A DNA stretch of 64,000 bases from Clostridia bacterium. Lineage in GTDB: Bacteria; Bacillota; Clostridia; Oscillospirales; Acutalibacteraceae. Made by a program: the position numbers and the translations under genes. Location: NCBI GenBank assembly GCA_017453685.1, contig JAFTEL010000125.1, positions 5,025 to 69,024 on the forward strand, written 5' to 3'. Shown one piece after another: positions 52,584 through 61,747 of the stretch. Under the pieces are notes generated by a model, which had not been told where the DNA came from, ran no database searches, and was given only the letters and a program-made list of their open reading frames with translations. Position 1 is the first letter of the stretch, and each line of letters starts with the position of its first letter.

Positions 52584-54462
52584 TGCGTTTGTTTCCTGCG
52601 GATCGCGCAGCGTTTGCCTGCGTTCCGCTCTTTCTTCCGTTGTATTTTTTTCTGTCCGATAGATTGACGTTTGTCGGATCGGGTTTGATAAGGCAGTTGG
52701 CGCCGTTCCCGATCAGGTCGGTGCGCCCCGCCTTGCGCAGCGCTTCCACGACGAGCTTGCGGTTGTTGGGGTTGAAATACTGCAGCAGGGCGCGCTGCAG
52801 CGCCTTATCGTGCTCGGTTTTGGCAACGTACACCTCTTTGAGCGTATACGGGTCAAGACCGGTGTAGAACATGCAGGTGGAAACCGTGCCCGGCGTCGGG
52901 TAAAAATCCTGCACCTGCTCGGGGCGCAGCTTTTGCTTTTTTAAAAACAGTGCGAGCTCCACGGCGTCTTTGAGCGTGCTGCCCGGATGAGACGACATCA
53001 GGTAAGGCACAAGATACTGTTCCTTGCCGATGCGCTTTGTATAATCAAAATAGCGGCGGGCAAATTCCAGATAGGTCTCGATATGGGGTTTGCCCATGGC
53101 GTCGAGCACCGCCGCGGAACAGTGTTCGGGCGCGACCTTGAGCTGACCGCTGACGTGATGCTCGACCAGTTCCCGAAAGAACGCGTCGTCCCTGTCGGCA
53201 AGCAGATAATCGAAACGGATGCCCGAGCGGATGAACACCTTTTTCACTTTCGGAAGGCTCCGCACGCTGCGCAGCAGGTCGAGATACTCCTCATGCGTCG
53301 CAACCAGATTGGGGCAGGGCTTGGGCGCAAGGCATTTTTTGCCCTTGCACAAGCCCGCTTCGATCTGCTTGTCGCAGGCAGGGCGGCGGAAATTCGCGGT
53401 GGGACCGCCGACGTCGTGGATGTAGCCCTTGAAGTTCGGCAGCGTGGTGAGCAGCCGCGCTTCCTGTATGACCGATTCTTTGCTGCGCGACGTGATATAA
53501 CGCCCCTGATGGAACGCGAGCGAACAGAAATTGCAGGCGCCGAAACAGCCGCGGTTGTGGGTGATGGAGAATTCCACTTCCTGAATGGCGGGCACGCCGC
53601 CGAGCGATTCATAGCTCGGATGGACGGCGCGCATGAACGGCAGCGCGTAGACTTCATCCAATTCTTCCGTGGTCAGCGGCGGCATGGGCGGGTTCTGCAC
53701 CAGCATCTTGCTGCCGTGGCGCTGCTTGACGAGCTTGCCGCGGATGGGATCCTGCTCGTCCATCTGGATGCGGCAGGACACGGCGTATTCGCGTTTATTG
53801 TTCACCACGTTTTCAAACGACGGGCACTCCGCGCCCCGCAGCGGCGTATCTTTCACGTCCACCGCGTAGCAGGTGCCCAAAATATCGTGCATCTCTGAAA
53901 TGGCTTCACCGCTGTTCAAACGGTCGGCGATGATCGCCGTCTGCTTTTCGCCCATACCGTAGGAGATCAGGTCGGCCTGGGAATCGAATAAAATGGAACG
54001 GCGCACGGCGTCGTCCCAGTAATCATAATGCGCGAAGCGGCGCAGCGAGGCTTCCAGCCCGCCGATGACGATCGGCACGCTGCCGTAAAGCTCCCTGATC
54101 TTGTTGCAGTAGACGATCACGGCGCGGTCGGGGCGTTTGCCCATGACGCCGCCGGGCGAATACAAATCTTCTTTTCTGCGTTTTTTCGCGGCGGTATAAT
54201 GCGCCACCATGGAATCAATGTTGCCGGAGCTGACAAAAAAGCCGAGCCGCGGGCGGCCGAAGCGCAGAAAATCGTCGTTCGTTTTCCAATCCGGCTGCGC
54301 TAAAAACGCAACGCGGTATCCCCTGCTTTCCAGCACGCGGCAGATGATCGCCGCGCCGAAGCTCGGGTGGTCAACGTAAGCGTCGCCGCAGACGTAGACA
54401 AAATCGACCGCATCCCAGCCGCGCTGCTTTACTTCCTGCGCGGTGGTCGGAAAAAACGGCAT
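52558..54462 (-). CDS. ygiQ: YgiQ-family radical SAM protein (UPF0313)
   Basis: 'DFVYVCGDAYVDHPSFG' and the radical SAM motif 'CFGACNFC'. Basic C-terminal tail. 634 aa. Confidence 0.88.
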   Translation of the reverse strand: MPFFPTTAQEVKQRGWDAVDFVYVCGDAYVDHPSFGAAIICRVLESRGYRVAFLAQPDWKTNDDFLRFGRPRLGFFVSSGNIDSMVAHYTAAKKRRKEDLYSPGGVMGKRPDRAVIVYCNKIRELYGSVPIVIGGLEASLRRFAHYDYWDDAVRRSILFDSQADLISYGMGEKQTAIIADRLNSGEAISEMHDILGTCYAVDVKDTPLRGAECPSFENVVNNKREYAVSCRIQMDEQDPIRGKLVKQRHGSKMLVQNPPMPPLTTEELDEVYALPFMRAVHPSYESLGGVPAIQEVEFSITHNRGCFGACNFCSLAFHQGRYITSRSKESVIQEARLLTTLPNFKGYIHDVGGPTANFRRPACDKQIEAGLCKGKKCLAPKPCPNLVATHEEYLDLLRSVRSLPKVKKVFIRSGIRFDYLLADRDDAFFRELVEHHVSGQLKVAPEHCSAAVLDAMGKPHIETYLEFARRYFDYTKRIGKEQYLVPYLMSSHPGSTLKDAVELALFLKKQKLRPEQVQDFYPTPGTVSTCMFYTGLDPYTLKEVYVAKTEHDKALQRALLQYFNPNNRKLVVEALRKAGRTDLIGNGANCLIKPDPTNVNLSDRKKYNGRKSGTQANAARSAGNKRSGRNQKKK

Positions 54463-54468
54463 GGGCTT

Positions 54469-57204
54469 TTACTCCTCACTGTCACTCGGCGTCAACGAAT
54501 TGATCGCCGCCGTATCGTCGTTAAGCGCGCGCATTTCGTTGAACTGCTGTTTGGTCATCAGAACCTTGCGGGGCTTGCTGCCCTCAAAGGGACCGATCAC
54601 CCCTTTTTCCTCAAGCTCGTCCATAATTCTTGCGGCTTTGGCGTATCCAATTTTAAGTTTCCGCTGAAGGAGGGTTGTTGAAGCTGATTGGCTATCGACA
54701 ACAACTGCAATCGCGTCCATAGTTTCCTTGTCAGCGCCACTGTCAGGGCTGCTGTCAGCATCAGGATATGAAGCTCCTTTTTTCTTTTCAAGGACTGCCA
54801 GGCGTTCGATTTCCTCACTGACTTCGCTATCATATTCATTTTCCTCCTGCGTTTTGATGAAGTTCACCACGTTTTCGACCTCTTCGTCGGAAACGTAGCA
54901 GCCCTGCAGCCGGACCGGCTTGGACGCGCCGACGGGGTTGAACAGCATATCGCCGTTGCCCAGCAGCTTTTCCGCGCCTGCCGCGTCGAGAATGGTGCGG
55001 GAGTCGACCTGCGAGGAAACCGACAGCGCGATGCGGCTGGGGATATTCGCCTTGATGATGCCGGTGATCACGTCGACCGACGGGCGCTGCGTAGCGATGA
55101 CGAGGTGCATGCCCGCGGCGCGCGCCATCTGCGACAAGCGGCAGATGGAATCCTCGACTTCGTTGGCGGCGACCATCATCAAATCGGACAATTCGTCGAT
55201 GAAAATGCAGATCTGATACAGCGGCTTCATGTCTTCGGTGTGCTCGGCGAGCTTGTTGTAGCCCTTGATGTCGCGCACGCCTTTTTCGCTGAACAGCTTG
55301 TACCGTTTGAGCATTTCGGAAACCGCCCACGCCAGTGCGCCCGCCGCCTTGCGCGCGTCGGACACGACGGGCACCATCAGGTGCGGAATGCCGTTGTAGA
55401 CGGTGAATTCGACCTGCTTCGGGTCGATCATGATGAGCTTGACTTCATCCGGCGTGGAGTTGAACAGGATGCTGATGATCATGGAATTCAGGCAGACCGA
55501 CTTGCCGGAGCCGGTCGTGCCCGCGATGAGCAAATGCGGCATTTTGGCGAGATCGGTGCAGGTGACGTTGCCGGAAATATCCTTGCCCAGCGCCACGTTG
55601 AGCTTGCTCTTGGCGGATTTGAACTGCGGGGAATCGATGATCTGCCGCAGGGTGACGGTCGTGCGGGTCTTGTTCGGGATCTCGATGCCGACCGCCGCCT
55701 TGTTCGGGATCGGCGCTTCGATGCGCACGCCCGACGCCGCCAGGTTCATGGCGATATCATCCGCCAGACCGGCGATGCGGCTGATCTTAATGCCCGGGGC
55801 GGGCTGGATCTCATAACGGGTCACGGAGGGACCGCGGGCAATATCGACGATCTTGGTCTCGATGTTGAAGTTGCGCAGCGTTTCGACCAGTTTCGCGGCG
55901 TTCGCCGTCAGCTCCTCTTTCACGTCGGCGTCGCCGCCGCTGATGCTTTCGGCCAGACAGTTCACGCCGGGCAGGACGTATTGCTTTTTCGGCTCCTCCT
56001 CTTCTTCCAGCGTTTCCTGAACCGCCTGTTCGTCCGCCTTCGCGTGGGCGGCCTTGTCGATCAGATCGACAACTTCCTGCGAAGAAATTTCCTGCTCCAC
56101 TTCGTCCGCGGCCGCTTCCCCGCCCTGTTCGTTCGCCGCGTCGTCCCGATGGGCGTCGCGCGCGTCGGGCATGGGCATAAAGCTGGGAATATCGGGGGTC
56201 TCGTCGCCCTCTGTCGGCTCATAAGCGGCGTCATCCTCGCCGGAAGCCAGATTGAAATCATCGCTGAAAAAGTTGTTGCTGCGGCGCTTTTGGAACACCG
56301 TCCTGCTGTCCGGCAGCTGATAATCCGGATTTGTCTGGTTGATCTGAGCCGGATCGGGCGGCACAAAGCCGTCCTCGTCATCGAAAACGTCGATCGGCTG
56401 CACCGCGGGCTTTTTCTTTTTCCGTTTCGGGGTCTCTAAAACAGGCTCCTCGTATTCTTCTTCCTCGTCCTCTTCTTCGTATTGTCTGGTTTCCAGCCGC
56501 CGCTGCGTGTAATCCGCCGCCTTGCTGAACGGCTTGCGCAGCAGCGCGAAAAGCTGCGGCAGCGACGTGCCGGTGGAAAGCATCAGCACGGCGAAGAGCA
56601 GGATCAAAAACGTGATGATCGAGCCGGCACGACCGAAGAGTTTAGCGAGACCGCCGCCGAGCGCGGAACCGAACAGGCCGCCGTTGGAAACGGCGAGACC
56701 CGCTGTCCATGCGTCGGTGATCTGCTGCTTGAGCGGCGTGTCGTGCAGATAAGCGCCGCCGTTCGCGCCGATATGGATGAGGGAAGAAAGGCAAACGGCG
56801 ATCAGCCCGATGCCCGTCAGCCGCAGGGCGATGTTGCCGCCGGTGTTTTCCTTTGACAGCGAAACGGCGCTGTAAAACATCATGATCGGCAGCACGATGG
56901 AGCAAATGCCGAACAGACCGAACAGCACGTTCTTCATCCACTGCCACGGGTTCGTTTCGCCCGCGGCGGCGCCGCTGGGCACCACGATGATGCAAAGCAG
57001 CAGCAGTGCGGCGGCGAACAGCAAAACGGAGATGACCTGCCGTTTGGCAGCGTCGCGCTGCGCCTGCTGCGCCAACCGTTCCTGCTCGATCTTCGCCGAC
57101 TTCTTTTTGACGCTTGACTGCGAAGCCGGCTTTTTGGGCGCAGCTTTTTTCGGCTTGTTCTGCGGAGAACCGGTTTTCGGTTTTGTCTTTTTCTGTTCTG
57201 CCAT
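54469..57204 (-). CDS. ftsK: DNA translocase FtsK/SpoIIIE
   Basis: N-terminal TM helices and an acidic linker. Walker A 'GTTGSGKS', 'IFIDELSDLMM' and 'ATQRPSVDVITG'. C-terminal gamma wHTH 'LLQRKLKIGYAKAARIMDELE'. Confidence 0.93.
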   Translation of the reverse strand: MAEQKKTKPKTGSPQNKPKKAAPKKPASQSSVKKKSAKIEQERLAQQAQRDAAKRQVISVLLFAAALLLLCIIVVPSGAAAGETNPWQWMKNVLFGLFGICSIVLPIMMFYSAVSLSKENTGGNIALRLTGIGLIAVCLSSLIHIGANGGAYLHDTPLKQQITDAWTAGLAVSNGGLFGSALGGGLAKLFGRAGSIITFLILLFAVLMLSTGTSLPQLFALLRKPFSKAADYTQRRLETRQYEEEDEEEEYEEPVLETPKRKKKKPAVQPIDVFDDEDGFVPPDPAQINQTNPDYQLPDSRTVFQKRRSNNFFSDDFNLASGEDDAAYEPTEGDETPDIPSFMPMPDARDAHRDDAANEQGGEAAADEVEQEISSQEVVDLIDKAAHAKADEQAVQETLEEEEEPKKQYVLPGVNCLAESISGGDADVKEELTANAAKLVETLRNFNIETKIVDIARGPSVTRYEIQPAPGIKISRIAGLADDIAMNLAASGVRIEAPIPNKAAVGIEIPNKTRTTVTLRQIIDSPQFKSAKSKLNVALGKDISGNVTCTDLAKMPHLLIAGTTGSGKSVCLNSMIISILFNSTPDEVKLIMIDPKQVEFTVYNGIPHLMVPVVSDARKAAGALAWAVSEMLKRYKLFSEKGVRDIKGYNKLAEHTEDMKPLYQICIFIDELSDLMMVAANEVEDSICRLSQMARAAGMHLVIATQRPSVDVITGIIKANIPSRIALSVSSQVDSRTILDAAGAEKLLGNGDMLFNPVGASKPVRLQGCYVSDEEVENVVNFIKTQEENEYDSEVSEEIERLAVLEKKKGASYPDADSSPDSGADKETMDAIAVVVDSQSASTTLLQRKLKIGYAKAARIMDELEEKGVIGPFEGSKPRKVLMTKQQFNEMRALNDDTAAINSLTPSDSEE

Positions 57205-57235
57205 TTTTTCGTCCTTCCTGAGATTTTGATTTATA

Positions 57236-58093
57236 TTAACGATGCATTTTTTCGATCAAAGAAACCGTCACAACGGCGGCGCCGACGGCAAGGCAATACC
57301 AGCCGAAGCGGTGAAAGCGGTTCTTTTGCACCAGCCTTTCGATCAGCCGGATGGAAAACACGCCCACGACGGCCGCCGTGATACCGCCGCAAACGAAGGG
57401 CAGCCAATCGACCGCAGCGCCCTGCCGAATATAATCGGCAATTTCAAGCGCACTTGCCGCCAAAACGGCGGGAATGCCGAGCAGAAACGAAAACGCGACC
57501 GCCTTCTGGCGCTGAACGCCGCAGAACATGGCGGTGGATATGGTGGAGCCGGAACGCGAAATGCCGGGAAACAGCGCCGCCAGCAGCTGCGCCGCCCCGA
57601 CCGCCAGCGCGGAATGGCAGGAAAGCGGCTTTTCCTCTTTTCTCTGTCTCGCGCCAAACAGCAGCAGGAACCCCGTAAAAAGGAAACAGCAGCCCTCCAG
57701 CAAAATATCCTGATCCTGCGCGACCGCCGCGCCGAGATCGAGCAGCCGTCGACCGTGACCGACAGGCAGGAGCATCAACAGCATCGGCACGCAGGCAAGC
57801 GCCAGCAAACCCAGCAGCCGCCGCATTTCGTTGCTCTTTTCGCGCCTGAGCCGACCTCTGACGAGATCGACCGCGAGCTGCACGCTTTCGCCCAGCAATT
57901 CCGCCAGCGTTTTGCGGTAGACGATGAGCACGGCAAGCAGCGTGCCGAGATGCAGGATCACATCAAACAGCAGCGCGTTTTCGCGCACTTGAAAAAAGTG
58001 CTGCAAAACCGACAAATGACCGCTGCTGGAAACGGGCAAAAACTCTGTCAGCCCCTGCGCGGCGCCGAGAAGGATCGCTTGAAGAATCGACAC
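57236..58093 (-). CDS. uppP: Undecaprenyl-diphosphate phosphatase
   Basis: 'GLTEFLPVSSSGHL' and 'PGISRSGSTI'. Start re-set to the GTG at 58093 (MSILQAILLG...), with GGAGG 8 nt upstream. Confidence 0.88.
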   Translation of the reverse strand: MSILQAILLGAAQGLTEFLPVSSSGHLSVLQHFFQVRENALLFDVILHLGTLLAVLIVYRKTLAELLGESVQLAVDLVRGRLRREKSNEMRRLLGLLALACVPMLLMLLPVGHGRRLLDLGAAVAQDQDILLEGCCFLFTGFLLLFGARQRKEEKPLSCHSALAVGAAQLLAALFPGISRSGSTISTAMFCGVQRQKAVAFSFLLGIPAVLAASALEIADYIRQGAAVDWLPFVCGGITAAVVGVFSIRLIERLVQKNRFHRFGWYCLAVGAAVVTVSLIEKMHR

Positions 58094-58174
58094 AATACCA
58101 GCCTCCATTATAGCAGTTTTTTTTACTCTCTTCAACTAAAACCGTAAAAATTATAAAAATTACAAGTCTTATAA

Positions 58175-58203
58175 TTGACAAAAAGTCGTGTTCGTTTTAT
58201 GAT
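58175..58203 (+). promoter_or_regulatory. Promoter of the aconitase-IDH operon
   Basis: TTGACA (58175-58180), 17-nt spacer, TATGAT (58198-58203). Confidence 0.55.
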
Positions 58204-58233
58204 GAATGTGTATGTATATTGGGAGGAACGAAA

Positions 58234-60171
58234 ATGGGTTACAACATTGCGCAAAAACTGATTCAAACGCACCTTGTCAGCGGTGAAATGACGCCCGGCA
58301 CCGAGATCGGTCTGCGGATCGACCAGACCTTAACGCAGGACGCCACCGGAACGATGGCTTATCTGGAATTTGAAGCCATGGGCGTGCCGCGCGTCAAGAC
58401 CGAGCTCTCCGTCGCCTATATCGATCACAACACCCTGCAAAACGGGTTTGAAAACGCCGACGATCACCGTTTTATCCAGAGCGTTGCCAAAAAGCGCGGG
58501 CTGCGCTATTCCCGCCCCGGCAACGGCATCTGCCACCAGGTGCATCTGGAACGCTTCGGTAAGCCCGGCAAGACCCTGATCGGCTCCGACAGCCACACGC
58601 CCACCGGCGGCGGCATCGGGATGCTCGCCATGGGCGCGGGCGGCATGGACGTGGCAGTCGCCATGGGCGGCGGCACGTACTACATCAATATGCCGAAGGT
58701 GCTCAAAGTAAACCTCACCGGCCGTCTCAGCCCGTGGGTCGCCGCGAAGGACGTCATTCTGGAAGTGCTGCGCATCCTCAGCGTCAAGGGCGGCGTCGGC
58801 CGCATCATCGAATACGGCGGCGAAGGCGTGAAAACGCTCAGCGTGCCGGAACGCGCGACCATCACCAACATGGGCGCGGAGCTCGGCGCCACTACCTCGG
58901 TGTTCCCGTCGGATGAAAACACGCTCGCCTTCCTCACCGCGCAGGGCCGCGCCGAAGACTGGTGCGAACTGAAAGCGGACGACGACGCGGAATATGAAAA
59001 GATCATCGACGTCGACTTGTCCGCGCTGGAACCGATGGCAGCGATGCCCCACATGCCCGACAAGGTCAAGACTGTGAACGAGATCGGTCCGATCAAGATC
59101 GATCAGGTCTGCATCGGCTCCTGCACCAACTCCTCCCTCATGGATATGCTCAAGGTCGCCGCGATCCTCAAGGGCAAGACCGTCCACCCCGACGTGAGCC
59201 TCTCCATCGCGCCCGGCTCCAAGCAGGTGCTCAACATGCTTTCCCTCAACGGCGCGCTGGCCGACATGATCGGCGCGGGCGCCCGCATCCTCGAATCCGC
59301 CTGCGGCCCGTGCATCGGCATGGGACAGTCGCCCAACAGCAAGGGCGTTTCGCTGCGCACCTTCAACCGCAACTTTGAGGGCCGCTCCGGCACGGCGGAC
59401 GCCGGCATCTATCTGGTCAGCCCCGAAGTCGCCGCCGCCAGCGCGATCACCGGCGTACTGACCGACCCGCGCACGCTCGGCGCAGCGCCGCAGATCGAAA
59501 TGCCGCAGCAATTCCTGATTAATGACAACATGATCGCCCTGCCCGCGAATGAAGCGGAAGCAGACAGCGTAGAGATCAAATACGGACCGAATATCAAGCC
59601 GTTCCCCGTCAGCGAAGCGCTGCCCGAAAGCATTGCGAAAAAGGCGATCTTAAAGGTGGGCGACAACATCACGACCGACCACATCATGCCCGCCGGCGCG
59701 AAGATTCTCCCCTACCGCTCCAACATCCCGTTCCTGTCCAACTTCTGCTTCAAGCAGTGCGACGAGAACTTTGCCGAAAACTGCAAGCGTGAAAACGGCG
59801 GCATCATCATCGGCGGCGCGAACTACGGTCAGGGCTCCTCGCGTGAACACGCGGCGCTCGTTCCGCTGTATCTCGGCATCAAGGCCGTCGTGACCAAATC
59901 CTTCGCCCGCATCCACGCGGCGAACCTTGTCAACGCCGGCATCATCCCCTTCAACTTCGTCAACGAAGCCGATTATGATAAGATCGACGCCTATGACGAA
60001 TTGGAGCTGCCGAACGTCCGCGCGGCGATCGCAAGCGGCGAAAACGCCGCGATGGTCAACAAAACCAAAAACGAGACCTACGAACTGACCTACGATCTCT
60101 CGGCGCGCCAGCGCGATATGATCCTCGCCGGCGGTCTGCTGAATTACACCAGAGAAAACGGAAAGGGCTGA
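58234..60171 (+). CDS. Aconitate hydratase (about 640-aa aconitase-family enzyme)
   Basis: 'DQTLTQDATG', 'GSDSHT', Fe-S Cys ligands 'GSCTNS' and 'CGPCIGMG', and the swivel domain 'GGANYGQGSSREHAA'. Start at the ATG at 58234; the GGGAGG RBS lies inside the track's longer ORF. Confidence 0.9.
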   Translation: MGYNIAQKLIQTHLVSGEMTPGTEIGLRIDQTLTQDATGTMAYLEFEAMGVPRVKTELSVAYIDHNTLQNGFENADDHRFIQSVAKKRGLRYSRPGNGICHQVHLERFGKPGKTLIGSDSHTPTGGGIGMLAMGAGGMDVAVAMGGGTYYINMPKVLKVNLTGRLSPWVAAKDVILEVLRILSVKGGVGRIIEYGGEGVKTLSVPERATITNMGAELGATTSVFPSDENTLAFLTAQGRAEDWCELKADDDAEYEKIIDVDLSALEPMAAMPHMPDKVKTVNEIGPIKIDQVCIGSCTNSSLMDMLKVAAILKGKTVHPDVSLSIAPGSKQVLNMLSLNGALADMIGAGARILESACGPCIGMGQSPNSKGVSLRTFNRNFEGRSGTADAGIYLVSPEVAAASAITGVLTDPRTLGAAPQIEMPQQFLINDNMIALPANEAEADSVEIKYGPNIKPFPVSEALPESIAKKAILKVGDNITTDHIMPAGAKILPYRSNIPFLSNFCFKQCDENFAENCKRENGGIIIGGANYGQGSSREHAALVPLYLGIKAVVTKSFARIHAANLVNAGIIPFNFVNEADYDKIDAYDELELPNVRAAIASGENAAMVNKTKNETYELTYDLSARQRDMILAGGLLNYTRENGKG

Positions 60172-60177
60172 AACGAT

Positions 60178-61344
60178 ATGTTTGAAGAACAAATCAAAGC
60201 GGCAAGCGCGAAATACGAACAACTCCTGCGCGAACAGCTGGAACGCAACGAACGCATCAAGGCGGTCGGCGACTTTGTCGATTACAAATCGCTTGACACC
60301 ATCATCATCGGCATTTGCGGCGGCGACGGCATCGGCCCGATCATCTGCAAAGAGTCCGAACGCGTGCTGCGGTTCCTGCTCAAAGACGAAGTGGCGAGCG
60401 GCAAGGTCACGTTCAAAGAGATCGACGGACTGACCATTGAAAACCGCGTGGCAGCCAACAAGGCGATCCCCGACGACGTGATGGCGCAGCTCAAAGAATG
60501 CCACGTCATCCTCAAAGGGCCGACCACGACCCCGCAGGCGGGCGACCCGTGGCCGAATATCGAAAGCGCCAACGTCGCCATGCGCAAGGCGCTCGACCTG
60601 TTCTGCAATCTGCGCCCCGTGAAAATCCCCGAGCAGGGCATCGACTGGGCGTTCTTCCGCGAAAACACCGAGGGCGCCTACGCCGTCGGCTCCAAGGGCG
60701 TGAACGTCACGGACGAACTCGCCACCGACTTCGTCGTGACCACGACCGAAGGCACGGAACGCATCGCGCGTCTGGCCTACAACTACGCCAGAGATAACGG
60801 CAAGGGGCGCGTTTCCATTATCACCAAGGCCAATATCATCAAAACGACCGACGGCAAGTTCCTCAACATCTGCAAACGCATCGGCGAGGAATACCCCGAG
60901 ATCGTCACGGATGAATGGTATATCGACATCACCACCGCCAAGCTCATCGACGAAAAGCGCCGCAGGGATTTCAAGGTGTTCGTTCTGCCGAACCTGTACG
61001 GCGACATCATCACGGACGAAGCTGCCGAATTCCAGGGCGGCGTCGGCACCGCCGGCAGCGCGAACATCGGCAAGAAATACGCTATGTTCGAGGCGATCCA
61101 CGGTTCCGCGCCCCGCATGATCAAAGAAGGACGCGGCGCTTACGCCGACCCCTGCTCCATGCTGCGCGCCACCGTCATGCTGCTCAACCACATCGGCTAT
61201 CAGGACAAAGCCGCCGCGCTGGAAAAGGCGCTTGACGCCTGCACGGCAGCGGACGCGAAAATGACCATCACCGGCCGTGAGGACGGCTGCACCTGCGAAG
61301 AATTCGGGAACTATCTGATGGAGACCATCACCAATCAGAATTAA
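60178..61344 (+). CDS. icd: Isocitrate/isopropylmalate dehydrogenase-family enzyme, probably NAD(P)-isocitrate dehydrogenase
   Basis: 'GGDGIGPI', 'LRPV', 'FRENTEG' and 'NLYGDIITDEAA...GG.G'. A 6-nt gap follows aconitase. Confidence 0.75.
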   Translation: MFEEQIKAASAKYEQLLREQLERNERIKAVGDFVDYKSLDTIIIGICGGDGIGPIICKESERVLRFLLKDEVASGKVTFKEIDGLTIENRVAANKAIPDDVMAQLKECHVILKGPTTTPQAGDPWPNIESANVAMRKALDLFCNLRPVKIPEQGIDWAFFRENTEGAYAVGSKGVNVTDELATDFVVTTTEGTERIARLAYNYARDNGKGRVSIITKANIIKTTDGKFLNICKRIGEEYPEIVTDEWYIDITTAKLIDEKRRRDFKVFVLPNLYGDIITDEAAEFQGGVGTAGSANIGKKYAMFEAIHGSAPRMIKEGRGAYADPCSMLRATVMLLNHIGYQDKAAALEKALDACTAADAKMTITGREDGCTCEEFGNYLMETITNQN

Positions 61345-61362
61345 CGAGCGAGGTGAAGAACG

Positions 61363-61683
61363 ATGAAGAATAAAGAGAAAGAAAAGGGCAAGAGCAAGAA
61401 GGGTTTGAAAATCGGCTGGAAGCACCTTGCCACAGCGGAAACGCTCAACGCCCAGATCTGGACGACGAACTGCCTGCTTCAGGCGGAGATCCCGTTTCGC
61501 TTCAAGAAGAAAAGCCTCAGCGTGTGGACGAATTTCTTCCACATTGAAAACGCGCATCACAGCACCTTTGAAGTAAAAGCCAAGGATTATGACCGCGCGG
61601 TGGAAACGCTGAAAAGCCTGCCGGAACGCAACCGCAGCATCCTGCTCAAAACAGACCCCGATTACGAAGTCGTATTGAACTGA
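61363..61683 (+). CDS. Small hypothetical protein (lysine-rich N-terminus)
   Basis: 106 aa, 18 nt after the IDH stop. Possibly a DUF2007-like beta-alpha-beta fold; this is a weak impression only. Confidence 0.4.
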   Translation: MKNKEKEKGKSKKGLKIGWKHLATAETLNAQIWTTNCLLQAEIPFRFKKKSLSVWTNFFHIENAHHSTFEVKAKDYDRAVETLKSLPERNRSILLKTDPDYEVVLN

Positions 61684-61747
61684 CAAACATAGAGAAGAGG
61701 GCGAAACCTGAACCAAACTCAGGCTTCGCCCTCTTTGTTGTTTTGCT

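Noticed and set aside
59650-61716. 688-aa minus-strand ORF.
   Set aside because: It is antisense to the aconitase 3' end, IDH and the small ORF, and the plus-strand genes have strong family motifs. The same reasoning rejects 15657-17399(+), 17516-19282(+), 19381-20916(+), 22034-23047(-), 28071-29345(+), 34399-35706(+), 55105-56439(+), 57242-58147(+), 45768-46799(-), 4850-6019(-) and the many shorter overlapping ORFs.
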